DNA of 56,057 nucleotides from a virus (taxonomy: Duplodnaviria; Caudoviricetes). Within the stretch, counting starts at the first letter, position 1. Each line of letters begins with the position of its first letter. Shown here piece after piece: positions 28,801 to 37,500 of the stretch. The DNA lies in the IMG/VR virus record IMGVR_UViG_3300023105_000041, positions 1-56,057 of that record; one strand, 5' to 3'. The position numbers and the translations under genes were made by a program. Under the pieces are notes generated by a model that was not told the origin of the DNA, made no database searches, and saw nothing but the letters and a program-made list of their open reading frames with translations.

Positions 28801-31800
28801 TAACATTAACCGAACCAGTAAATTGTGAACCACTCACTTTGGATGTTACAATAAATGTATCACCACTTTGAACCGATGCAGTAGCAGAACCACTCGCAAT
28901 AAGAGGGGCAGCTGCAGCTTGTACATTTTGTAATTGTGAACCATCCCCAACAAAGAAATCTGCAATTACTGAACCAGTTACATCAACCGAACCAGTAAAT
29001 CTTGAACCAATTGCAGAGCCAGTTGCAGCAGTTGTTACAATGAATGAATCTCCACTTTCAACAGATGCAGTTACTGAACCACTTGATATTACTGGTGATA
29101 ATTCTGCTTGAACATTTCTTAATTGAGAACCATCCCCTACAAATGAACCAGAGAATGAACCACTAAATTCATCTGCAATTACTTTATTTGCATTTATAGT
29201 TTCGGTAACTGATAAACTACCTGTTATATCTACATCACCTTCAAAAATATTTCTTGTTATTTCAGGTATTGAATCAAATACCTTTATTAATCCACCAAAG
29301 TCTACACTTTCTGATGAATAATAATATAAGTTATTAGGAGTACTTCCTGTTGGAATAAAACTTAAAAATGCATCAGTATTTCCAGGAGAAACACTACTAC
29401 TAACTACAAAATCTGTATATTCTACACCAGAATTGTGAGAACCACCATCAGTTGTAGAAAGTTTAAAAGTATTTGATGAATTACTACTATCCGATAAGTC
29501 AAAGTAATAAGAGTTACCCCTTACAACTAATATTGTTTTTTGATTTACACCATCTATTTGATATAATGTACTACCAGATACAACCACAGAATGTGATACT
29601 GGAACACTTTCGTAAAATATAGATGCAGATACATTAAGTCCACCATCTATATCAGTATCACCTTGTATAGATGCCGAAGTGTTTACATTAAATCCAATTG
29701 ATGGGTCTGTTGATGCTGTTACCGAGCCACTAGCAATAAATGTTCTTCTTTCAACATCTTCCGCAAGTGCTGATAGTGGGATATCAAATAAGTTTGCACC
29801 ACTACCACTAAACGAACCACTAAATTCATTTGCAATTACAATAGTTGTGTCAATTCCTTCTGTTACATCTAAATTACCACTTACAATTGTTTGTCCACTA
29901 ATTCTATTTGGCACTTCATCTTCATAAAGTTTGTCAACTAATGAAATTGAGTTACCCATTGCAGTATGAATACTACAATTATAGTAAAGTGTTACACTAC
30001 TACCAGTTGGTGTGAATGTAAATGAACCATTATCAGTACCATTAAATCCAGAGAATTGAGAACCAGTTATTACATTTGATAAATCTGTACCTGGTGCTGA
30101 TTTTATATAGAATGGATGACCACTTGCATTTACATTAAATGTATAAGTTACATCTTTTACAAGAGTTAACTCTGGGTCATTTCCTGTTGCACCACCTGTA
30201 AAAGTATAATCACTCGAGCCATTATTAGTGATATTAAATACTTTGTTTATAGAACCAGTTGGTACAATATCTTGTGATGAAGAAACTATTAAACTACCAC
30301 TAATAGTTACACTATCTTCAAATCTACCCGTTGAGTTTACTTGGAATCCAAAGTTAGGAGAAACTGATGCAGTTACTGAACCACTTGCAATTCTAAATGC
30401 TTCTTCAGTAATTGCCGAAAGTGGAATGTTAAATAGACCCGCACCACTACCACTAAATACCGATGCAGATAGTTCATTATCAACAACTAAATTACCTTGA
30501 ATAGACCCAGAAGTATTTACAACAAATCCTTCTTGTGGGTCAACCGATGCCGTTACAGAACCACTTGTAATTCTACTTATTTCAAATGCAAGAGCAGATT
30601 CTGGTATATCGAATAAATCTCTACCACTACCACTAAATACCGAACCACTTTCTAATCGTACATCTCCAATAAAAAGTGAACCACTTGCTTCAGATGTTAC
30701 CACAAATCCATCAACTGGACTAACTGATGCAGTTACCGATGCACTCGCAATTCTTGTGGCATCTTCTGACAGTGCAGATTGTGGAATATTAAATAATTGA
30801 GAACCATCTCCAACAAAACCACTTGATGTAACAAATCCACTTGCAGTTACATTACCTTCAATTGTAGTTTCACCAAATAATTTTTGTGTATCCGTATTTG
30901 AATCATCACCAAATACATTTGAGCCAGTAGATATTACAACAGATGATGATATAAAGTTTACAAAAATTTCTTCTGCAGTAATTCTACCACCAACAAATAA
31001 ATCATTGTCAATATTCAAATCACCTTGAATTGAGCCCGAAGTGTTTACTATAAACCCTAAATTAGGTGAAATAGATGCTGTAGCAGAACCACTTGCTATT
31101 CTTGATGCATCTTCTGATAATGCAGATTGTGGAATGTTATTAAGTTGTGAACCATCTCCAGCAACTGAACCACTAAATGAGCCTGTAAATTCATTTGCTG
31201 TTATTTTATCTGCAGTTATGTCATTTGTTACATTTACACTACCAGTAAATTCTGATTTTACCGAGCCAGTTGAAAATACTTTAAATATACCATCAGTTGA
31301 AACCGATGCTGTTACAGAACCAGTTGTTATTAAATTTGAAAGAAGTGCATCTTCAACGAGTGCAGAACGAGGAATATTAAATAATCCTTCACCACTACCA
31401 CTAAAGAATCCACTTTGACTTGGTATTTCAATATTTCCACTTACTATTACAGAACCACTAAATTCAGAAGTAACTGAGCCCGTTCCGAATACTCTAAAGA
31501 ATCCACCCTCATCAATTGATGCAGTTACTGAACCTGTTGTGATTAAGTTTGATATTAATGCATCCTCAACGAGTGCACTTCGTGGTATATTAAATAAGTT
31601 TTCACCACTACCACTAAAAGATGAACCACTAATTAGATTTACATTACCACTAACTAAAAGTGACCCACTTAATTCAGTTGTTACTGAACCTGTACCTTGT
31701 ACTCTGAAGAAACCATCAGTTGTTACTGATGCAGTTACGGACCCAGTAGAAATTAAGTTTGAAATCAATGCATCATCTGTAAGAGCAGTTCTTGGTATAT

Positions 31801-33649
31801 TAAATAATTGTTCACCACTACCACTAAATACCGAACCACTTGAAAGTTTTACATCTCCGAAAAATGTTGAACCACTATCTACCGAAGTAACTACAAACCC
31901 ATCAACAGGTGAAACAGAAGCAGTTACCGAACCACTTGCAATTTCCGTGGATAATAAAGCATCTTCAGTTAGTGCTGAACGGGGGATATCGAAAAGGTCT
32001 CTACCACTACCACTAAATACCGAGCCAGATACTAATTTTACATCACCATCAAACAATGAACCACTATCAGTAGATATTACAGTAAATTGATTATCTTCGG
32101 TTGATGCAGTTACCGAACCACTAGCAATAAATATTGCCTCTCTCGATACTAAAGCAGTAATTGATTCTTGAGCATCAGTTGAAAGTGCTGCAAATGGAAT
32201 ATCAAATAAATCTTTACCACTACCACTATATGCCGAACCACTATTAAGTTGTACAGCACCACTCACGAATACAGAACCACTAAATTCAGAAGTTACTGAA
32301 CCGGTAGACTGTACTCTAAAGAATCCATCTAACGAAACGGATGCTGTTACTGAACCAGTTGTGATTAGATTTGAAAGAAGTGCATCTTCTGTTAGAGCAG
32401 AACGAGGAATATTAAATAATTCTTCACCACTACCACTAAATACCGAGCCAGATGATAATTTAACATCACCAAAGAAAGTAGAACCACTTGCTTCAGAAGT
32501 TACTATAAATCCATCCTGTGGGTCAACCGATGCAGTTACTGCACCACTAATAATTAAATTTGTTTCTAATGCGTCTTCAGTTAGTGCAGAACGAGGAATG
32601 TCAAATAAATTAGCACCACTACCACTAAAGGATGAACCACTATTTAATTGAAGATTCCCACTTACAAATACACTGCCGCTTAATTCAGTTGTTACTGAAC
32701 CAGTAGAGAATACTCTAAAGAATCCATCTTGGGAAACTGAAGCCGTTACCGAGCCAGTTGTTATTAAATTTGAAAGTAATGCATCATCTGTAAGTGCTGA
32801 TTTTGGTATATTAAATAAATTTTCACCACTACCACTAAATGATGACCCACTATTAAGTTGTAAACCACCACTAACAAATACACTTCCACTAAATTCAGAA
32901 GTTACCGAACCAGTACTAAATACTTTAAATACACCATCAGTTGAAACTGATGCAGTTACGGAACCAGTTGATATAAGATTTGATACTAATGCATCTGGTG
33001 CAAGTGCAGAACGAGGAATATTAAATAAATCCTCACCACTACCACTAAAAGTTGAACCAGATGTGATTGATATTGAACCAGTTACACCTACATCACCAAT
33101 TACATCCAATGAACCAGTTACTTGAACCGAACCTGTAAATTCTTGAATATCACTTACATCACTACCGAATCTATTTGAGCCTGATGAAAATACGATAGAT
33201 GATGATATAATATCAACAATAAGTTCTCGTGCAACAATACGATTATCAACAATTAAGTCACCCGTTACTCGAATATCCCCATTGACATCCATATCACCAT
33301 CAAATGATGATGATACATTTACCAAAAATCCTGTGTTTGGGGCAATCGATGCGGATACTGAACCACTTCTTAATTGTTCTACATCTGGAAGATTATTTAA
33401 TTCAGAGCCATCTCCTGCAAAAGAACCGCTGAATGAGCCGGTTACTTGGTCTAATTGAAGTGTTGTAACAAATAAACGATTTCCATCCGCATCAGACGCT
33501 ACAAGCGCGATGGAGCCAGATGAAATTGAACCACTCTCCGGAACTCCGAGGTTTGGTTCAGCTTCATTCAATCGTAGATACTCATACCTATCCTCCGAAA
33601 CATCGGATGGGCGTACTACCTTAACCTTTCCACTTAATAATTGGCTCAT
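22895..33649 (-). CDS. Giant fibre protein (3584 aa): about 22 SGS-rich repeats, cupredoxin-like domains, two Gly-Thr/Ser-Ser blocks, C-terminal beta-sandwich
   Basis: Uninterrupted ORF; repeats visible in translation; C-terminal WPANIEWANGAAPTLT...DILVFYTYDGG domain. Confidence 0.85.
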   Translation of the reverse strand: MSQLLSGKVKVVRPSDVSEDRYEYLRLNEAEPNLGVPESGSISSGSIALVASDADGNRLFVTTLQLDQVTGSFSGSFAGDGSELNNLPDVEQLRSGSVSASIAPNTGFLVNVSSSFDGDMDVNGDIRVTGDLIVDNRIVARELIVDIISSSIVFSSGSNRFGSDVSDIQEFTGSVQVTGSLDVIGDVGVTGSISITSGSTFSGSGEDLFNIPRSALAPDALVSNLISTGSVTASVSTDGVFKVFSTGSVTSEFSGSVFVSGGLQLNSGSSFSGSGENLFNIPKSALTDDALLSNLITTGSVTASVSQDGFFRVFSTGSVTTELSGSVFVSGNLQLNSGSSFSGSGANLFDIPRSALTEDALETNLIISGAVTASVDPQDGFIVTSEASGSTFFGDVKLSSGSVFSGSGEELFNIPRSALTEDALLSNLITTGSVTASVSLDGFFRVQSTGSVTSEFSGSVFVSGAVQLNSGSAYSGSGKDLFDIPFAALSTDAQESITALVSREAIFIASGSVTASTEDNQFTVISTDSGSLFDGDVKLVSGSVFSGSGRDLFDIPRSALTEDALLSTEIASGSVTASVSPVDGFVVTSVDSGSTFFGDVKLSSGSVFSGSGEQLFNIPRTALTDDALISNLISTGSVTASVTTDGFFRVQGTGSVTTELSGSLLVSGNVNLISGSSFSGSGENLFNIPRSALVEDALISNLITTGSVTASIDEGGFFRVFGTGSVTSEFSGSVIVSGNIEIPSQSGFFSGSGEGLFNIPRSALVEDALLSNLITTGSVTASVSTDGIFKVFSTGSVKSEFTGSVNVTNDITADKITANEFTGSFSGSVAGDGSQLNNIPQSALSEDASRIASGSATASISPNLGFIVNTSGSIQGDLNIDNDLFVGGRITAEEIFVNFISSSVVISTGSNVFGDDSNTDTQKLFGETTIEGNVTASGFVTSSGFVGDGSQLFNIPQSALSEDATRIASASVTASVSPVDGFVVTSEASGSLFIGDVRLESGSVFSGSGRDLFDIPESALAFEISRITSGSVTASVDPQEGFVVNTSGSIQGNLVVDNELSASVFSGSGAGLFNIPLSAITEEAFRIASGSVTASVSPNFGFQVNSTGRFEDSVTISGSLIVSSSQDIVPTGSINKVFNITNNGSSDYTFTGGATGNDPELTLVKDVTYTFNVNASGHPFYIKSAPGTDLSNVITGSQFSGFNGTDNGSFTFTPTGSSVTLYYNCSIHTAMGNSISLVDKLYEDEVPNRISGQTIVSGNLDVTEGIDTTIVIANEFSGSFSGSGANLFDIPLSALAEDVERRTFIASGSVTASTDPSIGFNVNTSASIQGDTDIDGGLNVSASIFYESVPVSHSVVVSGSTLYQIDGVNQKTILVVRGNSYYFDLSDSSNSSNTFKLSTTDGGSHNSGVEYTDFVVSSSVSPGNTDAFLSFIPTGSTPNNLYYYSSESVDFGGLIKVFDSIPEITRNIFEGDVDITGSLSVTETINANKVIADEFSGSFSGSFVGDGSQLRNVQAELSPVISSGSVTASVESGDSFIVTTAATGSAIGSRFTGSVDVTGSVIADFFVGDGSQLQNVQAAAAPLIASGSATASVQSGDTFIVTSKVSGSQFTGSVNVTGSFSVDDGVISGDGSGITNISIANLALKLDRLESGSATASLVDNEFKVFDQGVTASVLTSLSGSLNVSESLNVGGIITGDGSGITNIDIANLAIDSSKIFTGSVSASVSEDGFFRVFDNVGGAVTSEFSGSVYISESISASVYRGDGSGLYNIPLDALEDLQLDRIISGATQAVVSPDDGLVVNNQISGTLFVGDGGGLFNIPAEALEDLSLPLIISGGISASVDPIGGFKVFSPFSGSTFEGNITIPSGSGFFSGSGEGLFNIPADAIEGLDQSRILSGSVTASTNPDDGFVVTSIESGSTFFGNVDFKNDISASKIFARTEVFTPRITSSFVGPYQGENQGIDIPDDLDILVFDADANKFRPVTQFGDTAVFPFSDVTQVTFQHNFGIDYPVVQIYETGSNGMIIPQAIESINSSSVRVTFSGLTSGQAVIGTGGRLSGFVQGSDVVGTVLSASYAEFAKNAATASNILGFDSASLAELANLDNYVRNDQTASMTVLSASFAETASFAINAGDFDTSLFVRTDQTASMTVLSASYALSASYAINAVSAEDYVKNDQTASMTVLSSSYAATASFALNAGDFVGENFLPNTGTASFEGRLEITGSLGVTGSVEFFGLEEGTSDTVLVLNETTNRIETRPVTAVSGTSGTSGTRGSSGSSGTSGTSGSTGSAGTSGTSGSGGTSGTSGTSGTSGTSGTSGTSGSGGTSGTSGTSGTSGTSGTSGTSGTSGSSGTAGTSGTSGTSGTSGTSGSSGTSGSSGSSGSSGSSGSSGSSGTTGSAGTSGTSGTSGTSGTSGTSGTSGTSGTAGREGGRLYIVNQDGFNYSFDGYAGNFPTLTVVRGELYYFDVSGVSSSHPFALRLASESTTAVPGTTNNDPTNGKHSTSVLIEYRVPEDAPDSIVYQCVNHASMIGTIEIVDKHGTSGTSGSSGSSGASGTSGSSGSSGSSGSSGSSGSSGSSGSSGSDGSSGSSGSSGSSGSSGSSGSSGSSGSSGTSGSSGSSGSSGSSGSTGSAGSSGTSGQDGETGSSGSAGTSGTSGTSGSSGSSGTSGTTGTAGTSGTSGTSGAQGSSGSAGTSGTSGTSGTSGSSGTTGSAGTSGTSGTSGTSGTNGTSGTSGTSGTSGTSGTSGTAGTSGTSGTSGTSGSSGTSGSSGSSGTSGTSGISGSSGTSGTSGSSGTSGSSGSAGSSGTSAEGSSGTSGTSGAQGTSGSAGSSGSSGSSGTSGTSGSSGSSGTSGSSGSSGTSGSSGTSGSSGTSAEGSSGTSGTSGTSGSSGSSGTSGITGSSGTSGTSGSVGTSGSSGTSGTSGSSGTDGTGGSSGTSGTSGSSGTSGLDGTFFGSSGSSGTSGVDGAAGSSGTSGASGSSGTSGTSGQDGTFFGSSGTSGTSGTSGSSGTSGSSGSSGTSGIGSDGTSGTSGVDGTFAGSSGSSGTSGTSGISGTSGVSGTAGTSGTSGVDGTFFGSSGSSGTSGTSGAGTSGTSGTSGTSGTSGLDGTFFGSSGTSGSSGTSGTSGAGTSGSSGSSGTSGIDGTFFGTSGTSGTSGTSGIGSSGTSGTSGISGTSGTSGTSGTSGADGTFFGSSGTSGTSGTSGTSGTGGTTGTAGTSGTSGLDGTLFGSSGTSGTSGTSGTSGESGSAGTSGTSGISGTDGVDGTFFGSSGTSGTSGSSGTSGAGTDGSAGSSGTSGTSGLDGTLFGSSGTSGTSGSSGTSGANGTDGSTGSAGTSGTSGTSGLDGTLFGSSGTSGTSGSSGTSGLGGSSGSSGSSGTSGLDGTLFGSSGSSGSSGSSGTSGAGTDGSAGSSGTSGSSGSSGVDGAIEIATDGADRVLTADGDGTATAEANLTFDGNLLDITGDLDVSDATFSTRFHENYNNIGNASGTVTINLETANNFRINRTGNITTLNISNPPNGPRAIGFTLLLEDGGSGATVQWPANIEWANGAAPTLTTSGKDILVFYTYDGGITYYGFLSANNVS
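23375..26042 (-). repeat. Gly-X-Y (GTS/GSS) coding repeat, about 890 aa, with 12 DGT(F/L)(F/A)G interruptions
   Basis: 9-nt periodicity; motif copies counted in the translation. Confidence 0.95.
26372..26870 (-). repeat. Gly-X-Y (GTS) coding repeat, about 165 aa
   Basis: 9-nt periodicity. Confidence 0.95.
27900..33430 (-). repeat. About 22 imperfect 60-75 aa repeats (SGSVTASV...F.V...GS...FSGSG..LFNIP..AL)
   Basis: Counted 22 G[SD]G..[LI].[ND] cores in the translation; boundaries approximate. Confidence 0.85.
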
Positions 33650-33675
33650 TTATTATGTTGGTTATTAATATATAA

Positions 33676-34536
33676 TTATTCGTTTGCACTTTCAAGAATC
33701 GATAAAATCACGGTTAAATTCGTAGAACCTGATACAATTAGTGAAAAATCTTGTTCAAGTACCAATTTACCTGCTACAATTGGTGATAATGAATCGCCTG
33801 CAGGAATTTCAACATTTGTGATTAAATCAACAGGTTCTTGTAAAACTCTTGTTGGATTTGAAAGTGTTTCTGAAATTGCATTTAATAAACCAATAGACGC
33901 ACTTATTGAACCACTCTCTGCTACCAATGATGTATCTATTGATTGTGTTACACTATCTTGATACAATCGAGTTATACTTGCTGAACCTGTAACCGATTCA
34001 TTTATAAGTATCTGTTGGGTCAATAAATTCGCATAATCTATACCTTCATATGATGCCGTAAAATAGTCATCTCTAATAGTGATTTCACCATTTTTATTGT
34101 AAAATGATAATGCTGCTTTTTTACTTTGCAATGTACCACCTTCAATTAAATCCGCCTCAACTCCATCTACGGCAGTTCTTACATATCCCTCAAAAAATGA
34201 TGATGTAAAACTAAATGGTAATTGTTCCAAATTATTTTGAAAGTTGATATATGCAGCAGATTCCTTTTCAATAAAAGTTTGATTTTTTGCAATCAAAGCA
34301 GATGCACTTGTAAAACTACCACTATTAACAATTGAAGAAAGTTGAGGAACTGGAAGTTCCCTATTACTTGTCATCTTAATTGTCACAGGTGTATTTGTAG
34401 TTCCCGTATTTGTAATCTGTGCTGATAAGACAATTGTAGAAACACCAGTTGGAGTTTTATATACAACATCATCATCACCAGTTAAAGTGGTTAGTACCGA
34501 CTTAAATGAGTTTAATGGAATTAATTCTTCTGCCAT
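33676..34536 (-). CDS. Virion protein: MANTFK-family adaptor with a helical insertion
   Basis: N-terminal VYKTPTGVSTIVLSAQITN and C-terminal VEIPAGDSLS...KLVLEQ...VILSILES match the two halves of 20789..21121. Confidence 0.7.
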   Translation of the reverse strand: MAEELIPLNSFKSVLTTLTGDDDVVYKTPTGVSTIVLSAQITNTGTTNTPVTIKMTSNRELPVPQLSSIVNSGSFTSASALIAKNQTFIEKESAAYINFQNNLEQLPFSFTSSFFEGYVRTAVDGVEADLIEGGTLQSKKAALSFYNKNGEITIRDDYFTASYEGIDYANLLTQQILINESVTGSASITRLYQDSVTQSIDTSLVAESGSISASIGLLNAISETLSNPTRVLQEPVDLITNVEIPAGDSLSPIVAGKLVLEQDFSLIVSGSTNLTVILSILESANE

Positions 34537-34548
34537 ATTTTTTTATTT

Positions 34549-37500
34549 TTAATCTTGTAGTGCCAATGAGAATGGAGTTACTAATGAGAATAGTGAACGA
34601 GAGAATGTTCTACCCTCTAAAGTACCTGAAGCCTGTTTAATAATCAGACCTGCACCAATTCTAAAGTCACCAAGTTCGTTACCAGAAGTAAAGAATACTC
34701 TACCTCCTGCTACTTCTACAACCTCTTTACTTGGGTCTGGTATACCATCACCACCTTGGTTAGGAGGTAATGCTTTATAAGTTACACCCGAGCCTGCATA
34801 AGAGAAATCGTGTCCAGTAGTAATTATCAAAGAACCAAATTCTTCAACAGGTGCCTGTCTTGCAATGAATTGGAATTGTGTTCTTAAATATCTATTAGTT
34901 TCAGCCGTTTCTTTCTTTTGTTCATTTATAACCACAGCTGCACTTCCATATACACCATTGTAATATGATTGAGCTGCTCTGATACTTCTTTCGTTACCAC
35001 CATAGATAATATCGGTTGCGATAGCATCTACAATGAAACCAGTATCTCTATAACATTTTTCTTCGTTATATTCAAAGTTAGGGAATGCCGCATTTGTATA
35101 CGAAATAGCCTTACCTTGAAGAGTTTTCTTTGCATTTCTCAATGCATTTGCTCCATTTTTATTTAATAAGAATGGGAAAACTAATTGTTTTTGTGTTATC
35201 ACCTTTTCTGCAAGTCCTTTAGAGAAATCAATACCATCAGTTGTTTGTGGTTTTTGCTCTGTTGTTGCAATTGAAGGGATGTAGTAATAAAAAGTACCAG
35301 CCTGTACTGCTCGTTCGTTACCACCATACTTCAAATCAGTTGCAACTGCATCAATGATGTATCCTAAATCTCTACTACAACTAACCTCATTATATTCAAA
35401 CTCACTCCATGATGATGATAAATATGCAATTGTTTCTTTCTGAATAAATGTTGTGTTTCCTCTTAACAAGTCAATACCATTTAAAATATCAACCGATGGT
35501 TGTGAATATTCTAAATTTTGAACAATATTTTGTGAAGTTCCATTTGCAAATCTAATTCCATCAACAGTTGGGTCTAATTGATTTGCTTCAGATGGTGTAC
35601 CTCCTTGAGTTGCTCTTGATGGATATCGCCAATAATACAACCCAGCAGTTACACTTCTTTCATTTCCACCATAAAGAAGGTCAGTTACTGCAGCATCAAC
35701 AATATATCCCGTATCTCTTCTACATTTATCTTCATTATAAGTTACATTACTCCAAGAAGATGAGATAAATTCAATAGTTTCGTTTTGAATAAAACTTCTA
35801 TTATTTCTTAATAATTCAACAGCACCACTTACTTCAGCTGAAGCAGTGACAAAAATTGTATTTTCCATTACTTTTTGTGCCAATGAACTTGCATAATTAA
35901 TACCATCAATAGTTTGATTTAATTGACCATTCGTATTATTTTGGAAATTAACTGTTGCGTTTGATGGGTATAAGTAATAGTATTCACCATTTACTCTACT
36001 TCTCTCATTACCACCATATAAGAAGTCAGTTGCTACACCATTTAAGATGTAACCAGTATCTCTCTTACATTTATCTTCATTGTAATCAAATGTACTCCAC
36101 GAAGAAGAAATATATGCAATTACTTCATTTTGAATAAATTCTTTGTTATCTAAAATTACTTTGTTACCAGCTAATCTTTCAGCAGATGCAGTTACGAATA
36201 TTTCGTTTTGTACTAATTTACTTGCAACATCACCGGCGTACTTAATACCAGTTGTAGTTGGTTCTAATTGAGTTGATGTTGCAGATGAAGGATATTTGTA
36301 GTAGAACTCACCTGCAATCTTACTTCTTTGGTTACCACCATAAAGAAGGTCAGTTGCAACGGCGTCTACAATATGTCCTACATCTCTTCTACAAGTTGCT
36401 TCTACATATTCAAATCCTTCCCAAGATGAACTTAAATAAGAAATAGATTCTGATTGAATAAACTCTCTGTTGTTTCTAATTAATTCAACCGATGCAGAAA
36501 GTTGAGTAGATGGGTTAGTAAATGTTACACCTTTTACAATTTGTTCGGTCAATTGGTATGCATAATTAATACCATCAATTGTTTGCTGTGATTGTGAAGA
36601 AGTTGCTTCAGATGGGAATTCATAATAGTATTTAGCATTTACTACCGATGCAGAAACTACACCATAAAGTAAATCACTTGCTACACCATTTACAATATAC
36701 CCAACATCCCTAGCACATTTGACATCATCATAATCAAATCCTACCCAAGAAGATGAGATATATTCTACAACTTCAGTTTGTATAAATGGAACACTTGCAG
36801 TAATCAATGCATGTGCAGTTACGATATCTGAATCTGTTAAGGCAGGGCCATATAGTGAAGCAGTCGGTGTTGAACCTGTTCCATTTGCGATTGCATCTGA
36901 TACGATTGCAAATGAAGATGAAATTGTATTAAGAATACTAATATCAGTTACACTACCACCAGTTGCAGGTGATAGATTTGTTACTTTAATTGCATTATCA
37001 GTATTCAAACTTCCAGTTGGAACAAATAAAGTTTCCTTATCTATTATTTTTTCAATTAAATCTTTAGCATATATTAATGCATCAGTAGTTTCATCTAATT
37101 GATTATTAGTTGCTTCAGATGGGAATCTATAATAGAATTCACCAGCAGTTAATGCTCTTTGGTTTCCACCCCATCTTAAATCAGTTGCAACAGCATCTAC
37201 AATAAACCCAGTATCTCTACTACAACTTGCCTCGTTGTATTCAAAATTTGGATATTTAGCATTTACAAATGCAATAGTTTCATTTTGAATAAATTCTCTA
37301 TTTTCTCTAATCGAGTTATAAACATACTTAACTTCATTTGATGAAGTTACAAATATTGCACCACTCACTATTTCAGTTGCAATTCCTTGTACAAAATCAA
37401 TAGCAGTTACGGTTGGGTCTTTTTGTCTTGTCGCAGAAGGAACACCACCTACAATTGCAGCAGATGGGTAATCATAATAGAATCTACCAGCAACTACACT

